NCBI GenBank assembly: GCA_002269645.1
Contig: NIVC01002017.1
Coordinates: 148,622-212,621 of the forward strand
DNA length: 64,000 bases
Direction: 5' to 3'
Source of the DNA: Macrostomum lignano
Lineage: Eukaryota
Positions 24,950 through 56,294 of the stretch are shown piece after piece. The translations under genes and the position numbers were made by a program. Under the pieces are notes generated by a model, which saw nothing but the letters and a program-made list of their open reading frames with translations, was not told where the DNA came from and did no database searches. Position 1 is the stretch's first letter, and each line of letters starts with the position of its first letter.

Positions 24950-25460
24950 GCCTACTCAGAGCTTAGCAAACCAGGTGGGGTAAAGCATTGTTGGAGTGGC
25001 AGCTGGAGATGAAGATAGGAGGAACAGGGGGTGTCTGTCTGGGGTAGAGATGACTGTCGGGAGAGCAGGCCAGAGCAGGCTTTGCAGTACATTTGCTCTG
25101 GGGTGGTCCACCGGCCTCTCTGTGACGTGCAGAATTCTCTATACCACTGGGAAAGAGCAGGAGTTCTGCCTTGTAATTCCATTCCATACCTGGCGCACTG
25201 CAAATTAGAAGGTGGAAGGGGGGAATAATGAGGGGAGAAGCGGGCGGAGATGGAAAGGAATGACTCGCCGAAGTGTAGACTCACACGCCTGGTCTGATGA
25301 TTCAAAGAATTTTCTGCCCAGATCTTGAAGTGCAACTGAGCACTGGTCTGGCAGATTAGTTCTCTCCCTTGCTCTTACAGTCCAATGGCGCCTATTCCAC
25401 TTCCTCCTTTCTCTCCTTTGTGAGTACTTCGGATCTAAGGTGGTGGTGGAGAACATAAGG
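24950..25460 (-). mobile_element. Possible highly decayed Penelope-like GIY-YIG remnant
   Basis: Minus-frame ICQTSAQLHFKIWAENSLNHQTRRVSLHFGE loosely resembles the YIGQT.R.L..RI.EH...VS.HF endonuclease segment. Heavily disrupted. Confidence 0.3.
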
Positions 25461-26442
25461 CTGGGAAATCAATATTACAGGCCTACCTTTAGCGGAGTAT
25501 GACTGAAGGCAGGCTAGCTCTTGCTTTCTTCATTTGGTTTCCTAGTTCCTACAAAGTGCCTCATTAAAGTATCTGTCGAACTTTTACGCAAGTAACGCTG
25601 AACGCAGATCGGTGTATCAAAAAATCATAATCAATTTCAAGGACTTTTTAATACCTGATTAAGACTCCTTGCTCAAAGTCATTCTTGCTCACGAATTTCA
25701 ATCCATACTCGTAACTTCATTTTTAAAGCCAATAATTTGTAAATCAGACAAAGCTATACTATTATCAATAAGTGAGTTGGAGTGTAATCTTCTGGGCGAG
25801 ATGATCTCGACTATTTTAAGTAGAAGTGCCGCTTCGTTATCGCAACATTCATCCGTTCCTTTCTTTCACAGAAAGTTTAAAAAGATTTTTTCAACCAATA
25901 CTTTCATAAAAGATCATAGAGTAGAGAGGTATTGAGTGAGCATATATTTTGTTGTGTAATATTGCTTCAAAAAAACATATTTTCTGGGGCGGAGCAAATA
26001 TGTTATGCTAAAGTAGCTGCTCTTCTGCTCTACTGGCACTTAATACTGTCTTGTTGACTTTGACTTATTTAAAGACATTTTTCTAAGAAGGAACAAATAC
26101 CTCTGCAAACTTTCTCGAACGTACTGGCACCGTTCCCCTTCATTGTACACCCTAGCCGGCGTCCTAGACAGTACTCGGACTGACTCAGCGTTACGACAAC
26201 GGGGTGAAGGAAACCCCCAAACCGACTCACTTGTAAACCAATGGGCGCTGCAGGGGACGGAAAGTGCAGAGAGAGAGAGACATTGAGACAGAGGGGGGGG
26301 ACGAACAAGAGAGAACTGCTATTGACAGGAAAACTGGATTCTACTGGCTGGACTTACTGGCTTAAAATGGAAGCACAGCGAAAGAAAACAATGAAGGTAA
26401 GGAGCAATTCCAGCCGCTCCAATTGAGCTCCATTGAGTAGTC

Positions 26443-29400
26443 ATGATGATAAGTCTCAACTGCAACACACGCCAATCTATTTGGGCTTCATGCATCGGTA
26501 AGTTTCAATTTTCCACACTGTACATGTACAAGTGCAGCACTACAAATTCAATGCACTATAAAACACTGAGCCCATGCCGTCAATACAGTTTTGTGCATCA
26601 CCAGCTTCACAATGTGCGAGTCTTCCCGGCAGCACAAGTACAAATGGAAGCTGGACGACATGGTGAGCGACTGCAGGCCGTGGGTGTCAGTTCACGTCAA
26701 AACAGGAGGCGACCTGCACAACATCACTCTGACGCAGTCAAATACGTAAGCAAAATTTACTTTGCTTTTTCAATATTAAGTTTTGGAAAACAAACCAATT
26801 TTGCGTCTGCGTTTCAGTGCCGTCTTCAACAATGAGGTGTTCATCCACACTGCCAGAAGCAATTTCACAGCAAGCCACCGAGCTCCGTGTCTTTATCAAG
26901 GCACTACCAACTCTTTAACTGGTGACTCCGTGTTCGCCAGCGAATTGCGGGGGCAGCTTAGGTGAGCTCGTGGATAAGTTAAATAACTCAGCTTTGTTTG
27001 TTAATTGAATTAACTTATTGCTGTTTACCTGTACAGGGTGACCTTCAGGTACAACGGCACGTGGTACAGAGCAGTGGCTCTCAGGAACAGCTCGGAACCG
27101 TCCATTGCTTTGAGTTTCGAGCCTCACGAGGACATTGTGAGTCGGTGTCACTCAAAAATCCCACCTCGAGAATTTAGCGAGCTCAAATTGGACTCGAGCA
27201 GTCCAAGTCCTGTCAAGAATCCCGTTGTTAGAAGGCGACGATCCCTGAATCTCGGGGGCTTCAGCAATGCAGCCGTCACGAAGGTGCTGGAGCTCGTCAT
27301 CGTAGTCGACAGGAGCTTTGTAAGTCGCTTCGATGCCGTTGCTTTATTAGAAATATCGTTCAGCACAGCAAAATAACCCGTTAACCCATGCGCCTCCTCT
27401 AAAGGTGAGCAAAGCAGGAAGCGAGGGAAATGCCGTCGCTCGTGTTATGCAAATCACAAACTACGCGAACGGGGTAAGTGGGAGCACGACGTTTGCTTGC
27501 GGGAAGTTTGCTTGCCGAACTTTGCTTGCAGAATTTTGCTTGCCGAACTTTGCTTGCCGAACTTTGCTTGTCGAATTTTGCCTGCCGAAGTCTGCTTGCC
27601 GAAGTTTGCTTGCGGAATTTTGCTTGCCGAAGTCTGCTTGCCGAACTTTGCTTGCAGGAAATTTGCTTGCAGGAATTTTGCTTGCCGAGGTTTGCTTGCC
27701 GAAGTTTGCTTGCGGAATTTTGCTTGCCGAAGTTTGCTTGCGGAATTTTGCTTGCCGAAGTTTGCTTGCGGAATTTTGATGTCTGCTTCCTAAAAATTCG
27801 CAATCACAATTGCAAGGTTTTAACTTGCCGAATTATTTTCTTGTTTGCTTGCTTGCTTGTTTGATGGCTTGTGAAGTTGGTCAGTCAATTATTACATACT
27901 ACAGTTGCTTTGCAAGTGGATTCTTATCAGCGTCGACATAAACTGACTTGATACTAAGCTTTCAAACTAGGTGTATAGATTTTCATTCTAAGAATTAGTA
28001 TATACGACTCGTATAATGATTAGAGATTCAATATAGGTAGTTAGGGATCAGTAATAGTGTAAATCTTTTTAGTTCCTGATTTCAGCACTGAGCAGGATGA
28101 TAATTTTAGTGATGCTAATGAATGCATATACTAATATTAATTGTATAAAAATGTAAACGAACTTGGACTAGCGGATTTGCACGAGTACTAGTAGTAGTGT
28201 ACTTGTCACCGAGGAACGAAAGCTAAAATAGAACCCAAAGTTCCGTGGAGGTAACGAGTGTTACATTATTATACAAATTATTATAAAATCGAAATCAAAG
28301 CAAAATTCGGCAAGCAAAGTTCGACAGGCAAAATTCCGCAAGCAAACTTCGGCAAGCTTATGTGCAGCAAGCAAATTTCCTGCAAGCAAAATTCGGCAAG
28401 CAAACTTCGGCAAGCAAAGTTCGACAAGCAAAGCTCGGCAAGCAAACTTCGGCAAGCAAAGTTCGACAAGCAAAGCTCGGCAAGCAAACTTCGGCAAGCA
28501 AAATTCCACAAGCAAAGTTCGGCAAGCAAACTTCGGCAAGCAAAATTCCACAAGCAAAGTTCGGCAAGCAAACCTCGGCAAGCAAAATTCCGCAAGCAAA
28601 CTTCGGCAAGCAAACTTCGGCAAGCAAAATTCCACAAGCAAAGTTCGGCAAGCAAACTTCGGCAAGCAAAATTCCACAAGCAAAGTTCGGCAAGCAAACC
28701 TCGGCAAGCAAAATTCCGCAAGCAAACTTCGGCAAGCAAACTTCGGCAAGCAAAATTCCGCAAGCAAAAGTCCCGCAAGCAAACTTCGGCAAGCAAACTT
28801 CTCGCAAGCAAATTTCATAGACCCGGGGTAAGTAGTAAATAATCTAAACCATCAGGCATTTGTCGTTGTACTAATTAGCGTTGACAAACCGCGACACTTC
28901 CTTGACTGACTGTTCAGGCTTATCACAAGTTAAACCTGCGCTTAGTGCTGACCAACATTATCATCTGGTCAGCCGATGTCTTCCCCATCACTAACAGTCC
29001 TGACAGCACTCTGAACAGTTTCACGGCTTACAAAATGATGCAAGTTGATGTAAAATACGACACTATTATTCTACTAAGGTGAGCTGACAGAAACCATTTG
29101 TTCGAGGTTGTTCTAACAAAACTTTATCAGCCAATAATGTTTTTTTTATTTCAACGTGCAGCGCTATGCAATGGAACAGCGGCAAGACCCTCGGTCTGGC
29201 TTGGATGAATGGCTTGTGCGATAGGCTGTTCGCTGCAGCAATTGTGTCGGTAAGAGCCCACTGCTACTACTGGGATATGTTTTTTGTAAACTGGCCGTAA
29301 TTAATAATGGAGACACCGAACCACTGATAGGACAAGTACGCCGAGTCCATCAGCACAGCCTGGACGCTGACTCACGAGATCGGGCACAACCTGGGCTTCG

Positions 29401-32400
29401 ACCACGTTGAAGACGTGTCCGGCTGTTCTTGCAGCAGGACCGGCGGCTGCATCATGAACGCATACCTGTCGTCAACCTACCGGTTAGAAATGCGTCGGAT
29501 TTAATTTATTAACACATAATATAGACTTTTAATTATCAGCTAAATTTCGCACTAATTTTACAGCCTGACCGTTCTCGACTGGTCAACCTGCGCCATTAAC
29601 ACGTGGAATTCGCAGGTGAATTCGAACTGGCGCAGCTGCTTAGCTGACGCTCCCGAAGCGTCCTACTATACCAGCCGGAGTTCAATGTGCGGCAACGGCA
29701 TCCTGGAGACTGGCGAGCAGTGCGACTGCGGCCCGGCCGAGGTGAGTCAGAAATAAACAAAACATCGCCAATGCACAACGAAAAGCCAAGTGCTTGATGC
29801 GTCATGCGAAGGTTGAAAGAGCCGGGCACCGCCCCCACAGACTCTCAGCACTATTCTTGGCTTGCTTTGCGCACAGTAAATGCATCGCACAATGGTAACT
29901 CGTCTGTGCTCAGAGCTGAGTCTCAGGGGTTCTAGTCAAGGAGAGGCTATTGTGTGAGATATGCATGAGCTACTCAGCTTTGGCTCAGTACTACATTTAG
30001 TAGTGCTAACAACTAACAATATGCACATTTTACGAGCTTCCATTATATTTGCCCATATGAACACCTCAAATTTCGCGAGTAGCCATGAGTAAGCTTTATA
30101 AAATAAAGAGCTCTCCAAAAAGTGAAGAATTTAATTATTCACAGGGCGTTGTCTCGTCGCAGTCCAAGTACGAAGGGTTTAGAAGAGTGTTTTGCTAATA
30201 CGGAATTGACAACCTAAATACCAAGACATGTCTATGTTGATTAATTATCAATGCACAGAACAGATTAAAGGGCACTGTGTTCTAGATAGCATTAGGATCA
30301 GAGAAAATACTGTGACATTCAATCTTCCACTTGCTAACCATCGCAGACTTGCACATCGAGATGCTGCGACGCCGCTACGTGTCGGCTGAAGGCTGGTGCC
30401 GCCTGCGCCTCAGGGTCGTGCTGCGACTGGAACACCTGCAGCCTGCGATCCAGTGGGGACGTCTGTAGGCCAGCCAACGGTCCGTGCGACGTGCCGGAGA
30501 CCTGCAGCGGCTCCAGCGAGTGGTGCCCAGCCGTTGACAAAGTGGCCAATGGCGTCGATTGCGCTTCCGGTCAGGTGAGATTTTCGTCGCTGGATCGAAG
30601 CTTAAAAATTTCTTTTTTGAGCGTTTCGTTGAGCGTTTTTTATTTTAGTTGAGTGCCTCGATGAAGTTGCTCAGATGCTGGAAACTATAATCCAATTTCA
30701 GGCGTACTGCTACAATGGCCAGTGCAAAACAACGGACTCTCAGTGCCAGCTGCTATACTCCGCCACTGCCACCACAGGGAGCAGCACCTGCTACAACTTG
30801 AACCGGCGGGGTGACCTGTACGGACACTGCAGCCTGCAGCTGGACGGGGTCAGCTACATCTCCGGCGCGGGCTTCAATCGGTCGTATTCCTTCGGCGCCT
30901 GCTCCTTAGCGTGAGTCCGACCCCCGCAGAGCTCAATGACGCGAGAATAACGCCGGAATCAATTTCAGGACGAGCTATTTTAATCTAAAACATTCAATTG
31001 TCTCAGACAGGCTTTTTAGCTTTCTATCCCATTGTTCGATTGAAATTTCCAATTAATTTTAAAACTCAAGTAGACGAAAGAATCATAAATGGATAAGGGC
31101 TTTAGTTTCTCACCGTCTCAAGTGCCCGAAAAATTTCGTTTTTGTGCCAAAATTAAACTGTTTAGCAGAGCTTTTGTATCTTTTAATAGAAAAAACTCAA
31201 AGTATTCTGGTCCATTCCCGTTAATCTACAGAAATTCTGAATGTGGCCTTCTGCAGTGCTACGACACGGCTGCCCCCACCTTTGGGGGCAAGGTGACTAC
31301 AGGTGGCACCGTCTGCTACACGCCTTCGCGGATGGATTTCTCGTCGTCCGACCTGAGAAGTCCCGGGTTCGTTCCCGACGGAGCCAAGTGCGGATCCAAT
31401 TCGGTAAGAGTCCGAGGGACTTCTTGAGTTCAGGGACTTCTTGAGTTCAGGGGCTTCTTAAACTTTAGATTCATAAAGCATTCACAGCTAACCACTGTTC
31501 ATAAAATACCTTTGTAATTTATTTGGTCATTTTTCGTATAGATACCTGGATAGAAAAATCGATTTCCGATTTCATATGCCTGGATACTCGTAATTAAACC
31601 AACAAGATCCAGCTTAGATATATAGATTGATATTCAATACTTCCCTCGTGAGAATTATCGCCATACCTTAAAGCCTCTCTATTCCCCATACCCTGGTTGC
31701 GGGTTTCGGGGTATTGCAATCTGCTTAAATTACAAGTAAAAGTATCTTTCCAAATTTGGATCGGTTTGCTGTTGCAACGCTAAGCAAATTTTCTTCTCTA
31801 GATGTGCATCAACTCGCAGTGCACCTCGCTGAGCACAGTTCGCGCGTGCCCAACCTGTCCGAACTGCAACAGCAACGGTGTGCTCACCCGGGCCAAGCTC
31901 TGCTTCTGCAACGCCGGCTTCGCGCCACCAAACTGCGCAACCACCGGCTGCGGAGGCTCGTCGACATCGCCACTGGCCTGCTTTGGTGAGAGTGCACCTG
32001 TGGCCTCGAAGAGTTTTATTCCTCTGAATCTGTTTCGGTAATAGCAAGGTTAGAATATATCGTTATTACTATAGGGCGCCCTGTCGACATCGTCACATAA
32101 CCAGTGCTGAGGCAATTCTGCCCATTCCGCATGATCACATTGAACACATACAAGCGCGCCAATACTGTACGCAGGCACGCACTCACACACACGCTCACAC
32201 AGGGTGCACAGCGGCCCTTTGACTTTCTAATCGTCACGCATGTACACTCTGTGTGCCTGTGGGGGTTGGGTTGGTCCTGATGGGTGCGAATCGCATGACA
32301 ACTGGCCCTGGCCAATTTTCTGTGCACCCAAACCCCAAATGACTGCAGCAGATGGAATCCAATCATTGGTTCGTGACGCGAGAGTCAGGTGCATTCATTG

Positions 32401-33499
32401 CTCAGCTCAAATTTTACATCTGTCCTGAAATATTGTCTAAGAGGTGAAATCGCCCACTGCTTTTACACGCGCAGACTCGAACAGAACCACAATCAGCCAG
32501 CCGACTACCTCGACGCTGCTGACGACCACGCCTTCAAATCAGAACGGCACAGACCCTGGCACAATCTTCGGCCTGCAGATGTGGCAAATCATTGCCATCC
32601 TGGCTGGCGCGGGCGTTTTGATCCTCCTAGTGATCATTTCCGTCAGTGCGCACTGCGCCATCCGCAACCAGCGCCTCCGTCGGGCTAAAAGAGCCGCCAG
32701 GCCAGCGCCGCCATCGCAGCATCCGCCACCCTCCAGGCAGCAGTCGCAGCATCCGCCACCCTCGAGGCAGCAGTCGCAGCATCCGCCACCCTCGAGACAG
32801 CAGTCGCGACCGCAACAGCCGCTGCCACAGCCGCCTCCCAGGCCAGATTTTCTCCGACCGTCGCCGCATCAAGCGCACAACCCTGCGTTTGTGCTTGACG
32901 ATTTCACTGCAGTGAGCATGCGGATGCTGTCACATTTCGTTTGTTAGTTAGAGGGGCAGAGAGACAGAGGCGCGTACAGCGCCCCTGACTGTCTCATGGC
33001 CAGGCATGCACATTCTCTGTGCCTTGGGAAGGACCAAGCAAAATTTTCATCTTTACCAAATTCAGCGTGTAGCTCTGAAATTAAATAGTTGAGTTAGTTA
33101 CTGGAACGCTACCTACGGCAGTTGCTGCAGTATAGACGAAAATTGCATTTAAAGAAACTGGTAAAACTGAAGAGCCACAATCCCAGTCAGGCAGTTTTTA
33201 AACAATCAAGCCATGGCTACTACAAACAAAAACGCTAGGCCAGCCGAGGAGCTGAAAGCAAGCTTCCTGCAGATCCGTATAAGTAGAGAGGCGATGGCAC
33301 ACAGGTACACAGAAGCTATATCTGATTCATAATTCACGAAGCTTTATTCTCTAATTTCCAGCCTCCGCCACCTTACGAGCCAGCGCGGCCTCAGCCATCA
33401 GCTCCGCCTCCGCCCTCGTTCAGAACGGCCGCCCCGTCTGTGTACACCTTGTCCTCGCCTCAGGCCTGGTCGGAGCGGCCGCCGCCAAGGTATTTCTGA
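26443..33499 (+). CDS. ADAM metalloprotease copy 1, 895 aa, 15 exons: 26443..26497,26589..26745,26818..26961,27037..27319,27405..27473,28918..29078,29162..29249,29331..29482,29564..29741,30347..30574,30702..30910,31232..31403,31802..31985,32442..32911,33362..33499
   Basis: Signal peptide, prodomain ending RRRR/S, LELVIVVD, zinc motif HEIGHNLGFDH, Met-turn CIMN, disintegrin CGNGILETGEQCDCG, Cys-rich, EGF-like, TM (IIAILAGAGVLILLVII) and Pro-rich tail. All exon phases are compatible (2688 nt). Confidence 0.9.
27480..28824. mobile_element. Mutator/foldback-like non-autonomous element (1345 bp) with inverted arrays of 14-15-bp units
   Basis: GGG...CCC termini and 9-bp TSD GGGGTAAGT (27471-27479, 28825-28833). 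Left array (TTTGCTTGCCGAAG)n at ~27490-27790; right array (CTTCGGCAAGCAAA)n at ~28300-28815. Confidence 0.88.
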
Positions 33500-35619
33500 A
33501 CAGCTCAAGCCGGTGGAACTCGATGACACAATTGAATTTTTAATCTCATGCCTGCTTCTTTGTTGAACATTGAAATCGATTCTTTAACTCGAGCCTGATT
33601 TCACCAACCTGCTAAGTACTCGTAGTTCTGCAAGTACGCTTCCTTAAAGCGATGCTCATTGGTATTTTATTTTTCTATTTGTGATTCCATTCAAATCATT
33701 TTTGCGCCTGTGAAATATGAAGGTATTTTTGGCTCTTTTTTAATATTATATCTTATTTATTCCTGAATTGAAGATTTGAGTATATTTTCTGCAAATACTA
33801 CTAAATATAACTACTATTTTAAAGATATTCACATTTTTGCACATGATTTGCAAAAATTCGTTACTAGCATACCGTTTCGACACATCGATAATGTACAACT
33901 TCGAGTGTAATGCAGGCAGGAATGACTTACAGTAAGTTTATCTTTTCTGCCTTCTCTTTAAGTAGTTCTTGTTTAGAGCAGGAATGCAGCCAGTGCCTTC
34001 AATGCATGCGTGAAGGCGCTCAACTTCTACTCCAGATTCGACATTCCAAATACAATATTGGCTGCGCTGCATCTTCTTTATCGCCAAGAGAAAAACAGTT
34101 CGTTTCATTGTGTGTGATTACTCGTAATTTACATCGCTGAGACCACTTCAAGCCAAAGCCAAACCTGGATGCAGAATTCTCGGCTGAGAGTGCAAGCTGC
34201 GAAAACTCAAACTGCTTTCACGTTTGCTTTTATAGTAAACAAGTAGTAAGTATAGCAATCTGCTTATTAACTAGTCATATTGGTAATCTCTTCAGGAGAC
34301 GATGTTCAAAGCAAGAAGCATCCGCCCTGGAAGCCTCGCCTTAGATATTACTTAGTTCCCCTTAGGAGTTTCGGATAAAAGCATCTGAGCAACCCCCATG
34401 AGCATTTCAGCGATATCCTCAGTACCTTGACATTAACAATTCACTCTGAGCCACAGAATTTCAGCGACTCCCCATGAATTTTTTTTGTTGACACGGCAAT
34501 TCTTTTACAAGCAACTCTGGTCGGTTGGTAGAAGAGAAATGAAAAGAAGAAAGAAATGAAGAGAATGGAAGCCAAGTTATTCGTGTTTAGAATAACTCGA
34601 TGCATATTTTCGCGACTTGAGTGACTCTAATATGAAATTTCGTATAATATAATAGCGAACAGTTATATTATAGGAAGGTGAAGGAGGGTGGAACAGGCCC
34701 CTGTGACAAGCCGAAAGTATTTTGTGCCTAACAGGTTTGGTGACTAAAATGTGTCCATTACTCTGCCGTGGCTTGCCATTGTATAGCAATTTGACGATCA
34801 TTATCTGTAGTTTTTATGCGTTACAATTCATTGTTTGTTTGCCATTCGGCTAGAGAGAAGGGTATGAATACACTCTACCATAGACATCAAAGTTTTCTTC
34901 AAGTTTTCTTCACACCCCCCTGCTACGAGCGTCTCACTTTTCTATGCCACAGACAGTTCATACGATTTGATCGTCCAATAGCGATACAATGAAAAGAAAC
35001 AGCGGCCCCAGTGCGTGACAACGATTGTTATTGTCATGTACGTGGCGCGGGGTAATGGACAATAGCACGCATCCCGCGTGCGTGCTATCCACGAGTTTCC
35101 CGTTGGCAGAACTGCTGCCGCAGCTCATATATACTTGCCCCCCGTAGCTGGGGAGTGAATTTTGTGTCTATGGCTTGCACGATCGCATCTAAGCAGCCCC
35201 GTTCTCTCCCGTAACGGCAGTTGAGCTGCCACAGTAGTATTTCGAAATTATTTAAATTTAGACATAGCTAAAAGTGTCTATCACTATGCAGATAGTCGCT
35301 TGTTTGTGTTATGCTTGCATGTATTAACATTTTAATGTAGTTAAATGTTCATTTGTTTACACGTCAGAGTTATAAATCAATTGTATTGCGATTAAGACTC
35401 ACAAATCCGACAAAATTACCAACAGTGATTGAACTGTCATCTGAGGAAGAGCAGTTTGCATGCAGAAATTTATTGGGTACACGCAATGAAAAACAGCATT
35501 GGCTCATAGAAATTCAAACTAACAGTACATGTAGGTACACGCATTGAAAAACAGCATTGGCTCATAGAAATTAAAAAACAATACGAGCGTAAGTGCACAC
35601 GTTATGAGAGTCAAATAGA

Positions 35620-37346
35620 TTACTGGTGACCCTGGTGCCACACCCGAAAGCACGGCTCTATGCAGATTCCCGGTTGTCCGACGCAATTGCCGCAGATAAA
35701 AACTGTTCGCTTCTGTAGTCCAGCGTTGCTGCAGACACGGCATCGCTTTGTCGGATGTCTCTGTGTGGCAGTTGGCGGTAGTCGCATTGTCGAGTGCTGC
35801 ACAGCTGCTGCATTTTGGTCTGGGTTCTGCAGTGGCATTTGCTGCGGTTGCCTTGCAGCTCACAAACGACCAACGCCGGTGTCGCAGATCGGAACACGCA
35901 GGCAGGCTTCCAAGTGTTGCAGAAACGATCGGGATCCGCCAATGTGTCTGTAGGCAATCCACGAATTTCGAACGAGTTGCATTAGAAGATACGACGCCAG
36001 CTTGACGAACCATTTGTGCGTTTTCTGCACGGATTGTACGGTTCACTACCAGCATCCATCCGGTCGACTCCACCCATGTTTCGGTTGTAATCGACAGCCT
36101 CTGTGGCTTCATTATCTGCTGCTCCAGGCCACCTCGCAAAATTCTGGTTACCTGCACGCAGTTGGCAGAGCCAGCACTGTCCAGCATAAACACAGTCTTT
36201 AGTCCGGAAGTTCGCCTCTCCACAATCTTTACGGCCAACAAATCACCACGTCTAGAAAAAGCGCTTGACGGTGGATTCAAAGCCTTCTGCCGCAGAGCTG
36301 CAGGCACGCCACGCTGCTGCCGTACCGTGCCAGTCAGCAGGGTTCCTCGTTGCAGCAGCCATTCAGCAAGTCGTGCGGAAGAAAACCAAGTGTCGCAAAA
36401 AATTCTGTAGCCGAGGTCCAGGATGTCACGTGACAGTTCAACAACGATACGTTCGGAGAGCGACAACTGCGGTGCATCTTGCCCGAATAAGTTGTTGTGG
36501 GCCACCGTTGAATGAACAAGAAAGTTCCATAAGTAGCCGCTGCTTGATTCCGCCAGACAGTATAACTTGATGCCAAGTTTTGCGTTCTTGTTCGGCATGT
36601 ACTGGCGAAAATGAAGCCTGCCTTTGAAAAGTATCAATGACTCGTCGATCGAAATGTTCTGCTGTGGCATATATTTGTTCTGGCACCAACTTCACAAATG
36701 GTCGAATCTTGCACAAAGGGTCAGCCTCGTCAACCTCGGTACAGTTGTAGCAACGAAACCAAGTCAATAAAAGTTGGAATCTGTTTCGCGAAAGGCAGGG
36801 CTGCGCATGATAACAATCCTGGCGATAAACAGGATCCATTGACCAGTATTGGCTGATATCAGGCTTTTGCACCAGACCCATGTGTAGCAGGATGCCAATA
36901 AACTTTTTCATCTTGTTCATATTGCATGGTTTCCAGCTACGCAGTTTCCATGGCAACTCTCCGCCACCCTGCTGAACCTGCTGAATCTCCATAGCTGCTC
37001 TGCTATTTGTCCAGTCGCACAAGGACTGTACGAAGCTGTCAGGAAGGAACTGTCCAATGATAGCCGAGATTCCATTCTCGATGTCCCTTGGCACTATGAA
37101 GTTTGGATGTAAGCCAGATGTTCCGAAAAATTCGGGAACTGGGTTTGGCCGAATATCAGTTTCCGTGCTTGTATCATGCCAGTTTTCGTCAGCTTCTGCT
37201 TGCTGAGCTTCGGCAGGACCTTCTTCAGGACCGCTGGCCTCGCTATCGTTTGATTCATCATCATTTTCAAGTGCGGTCGCAAATGAGTCATCATCTGAAT
37301 CACTGTCCAAGATGAAGTTCTGTAGATCTGAGCCGGCGGCTAGCAT
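35620..37346 (-). pseudogene. piggyBac-family (PGBD4-like) transposase, disrupted by frameshifts and a stop
   Basis: Acidic N-terminus, LSRNRFQLL, KIRPF, SIDES, CDTWF, GGVDRMD in a shifted frame, and C-terminal CRVC...CGNC...CIEPCFRVWH Cys-rich domain. Frameshifts near 36680 and 36100. TTAA/TIR ends not identified. Confidence 0.9.
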
Positions 37347-38306
37347 TGTCTCATGCGCAGTTGGCCAAGGCGATTTGTATATATGATCTGCTGTCTCTGT
37401 TACTGGTCTAATTGATTCATAGACTGTATGCTCTAAACTAAATTCGATGCTATGTACAAATAGGCAAGGCAGTCGCAAACCTGATATCTATGGTAATTAC
37501 TGCTCTCTTTTCAATTGCATATATTGCATAGTGTAACAGAGAAAGGAAAATCAATATTAAAGAGTGTCTGGGTTATTGGCCATAGACTATCTGAGTTTGA
37601 CTCAACAAAAATATTTTTCTTCAGCAACCTACCATCTACTCTGGTACAGATTCAACTCATACTACTTACTTTTTTGGCTCTAAAAACTGTGGGAGGGTAA
37701 GGGAGTGAGACGTGCCTCAAGCTTTTTTAGCTTCTGCTTGAACACTCTATGGCAGCAGAGCTGCTGTGGGAGGTAATGGGTGTGAGCAAAAATAGGCGCG
37801 GGAGGCTAGTGGTAGCGAAATGCTTGTCAATGGGGTTTAAACTGTGAGGGGGGAGGCTCTTTGCTCACCAAACGCTGCCCTCCTTGCCTGGCCATCCTCA
37901 TGGTCTAAAGGAGACAAAGAGGCGGTAGGACAGCCCGGGTGCGCAAAAACCACTCAGAAGGTTGGGGTAGGGGTGGCTCAAGCACCCATGCACGCACGCA
38001 CCATGTCGGTTGCTCATCTGGCCTCACAATAAGGCCAGGTTCAAACCTGCGCCTCTCGTGCCAATTGTTTCCGACTTCGTTTAATCGCTTTGTCAAAGGC
38101 TGAATTTGTCTTGATACGATATGAGAGCTGTAGCAGCAGCGGTAGCAGAACTTAGCAAAAAGAAATGTTTGGTCTTAACGAGACGAAAAGCCTTCGGGCG
38201 TCTTAGGACTCATTCAAGTACTGTCAGTCCGTAGCCTCATCATGAGCAATGAATGCTACGTTAAAGACTATTCTGAAGCACTCAAATCTCACATAAGCTA
38301 GAGGGC

Positions 38307-38313
38307 TATAAAA
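38307..38313 (+). promoter_or_regulatory. TATA box of ADAM copy 2
   Basis: GGGCTATAAAAG ~80 nt upstream of the ATG; conserved at the same place upstream of copy 3. Confidence 0.7.
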
Positions 38314-38387
38314 GGCTGTCCCCCACACGACCAGTTGAGAGATTTGAATACTGGAACAGTAGCACTAAATATTTCGATACAGTTTGC

Positions 38388-56294
<17,907 letters not shown>

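Noticed and set aside
27399-28842. ORFs with FACRSLLAE / KQSSASK repeats
   Set aside because: These are translations of the foldback element's 14-15-bp arrays, open in several frames on both strands and located in an intron.
33190-33290. Extra small ADAM-1 tail exon (and paralog ~56000-56090)
   Set aside because: No clear donor, it is not needed for phase, and the paralogous copy has indels. It cannot be supported without RNA data.
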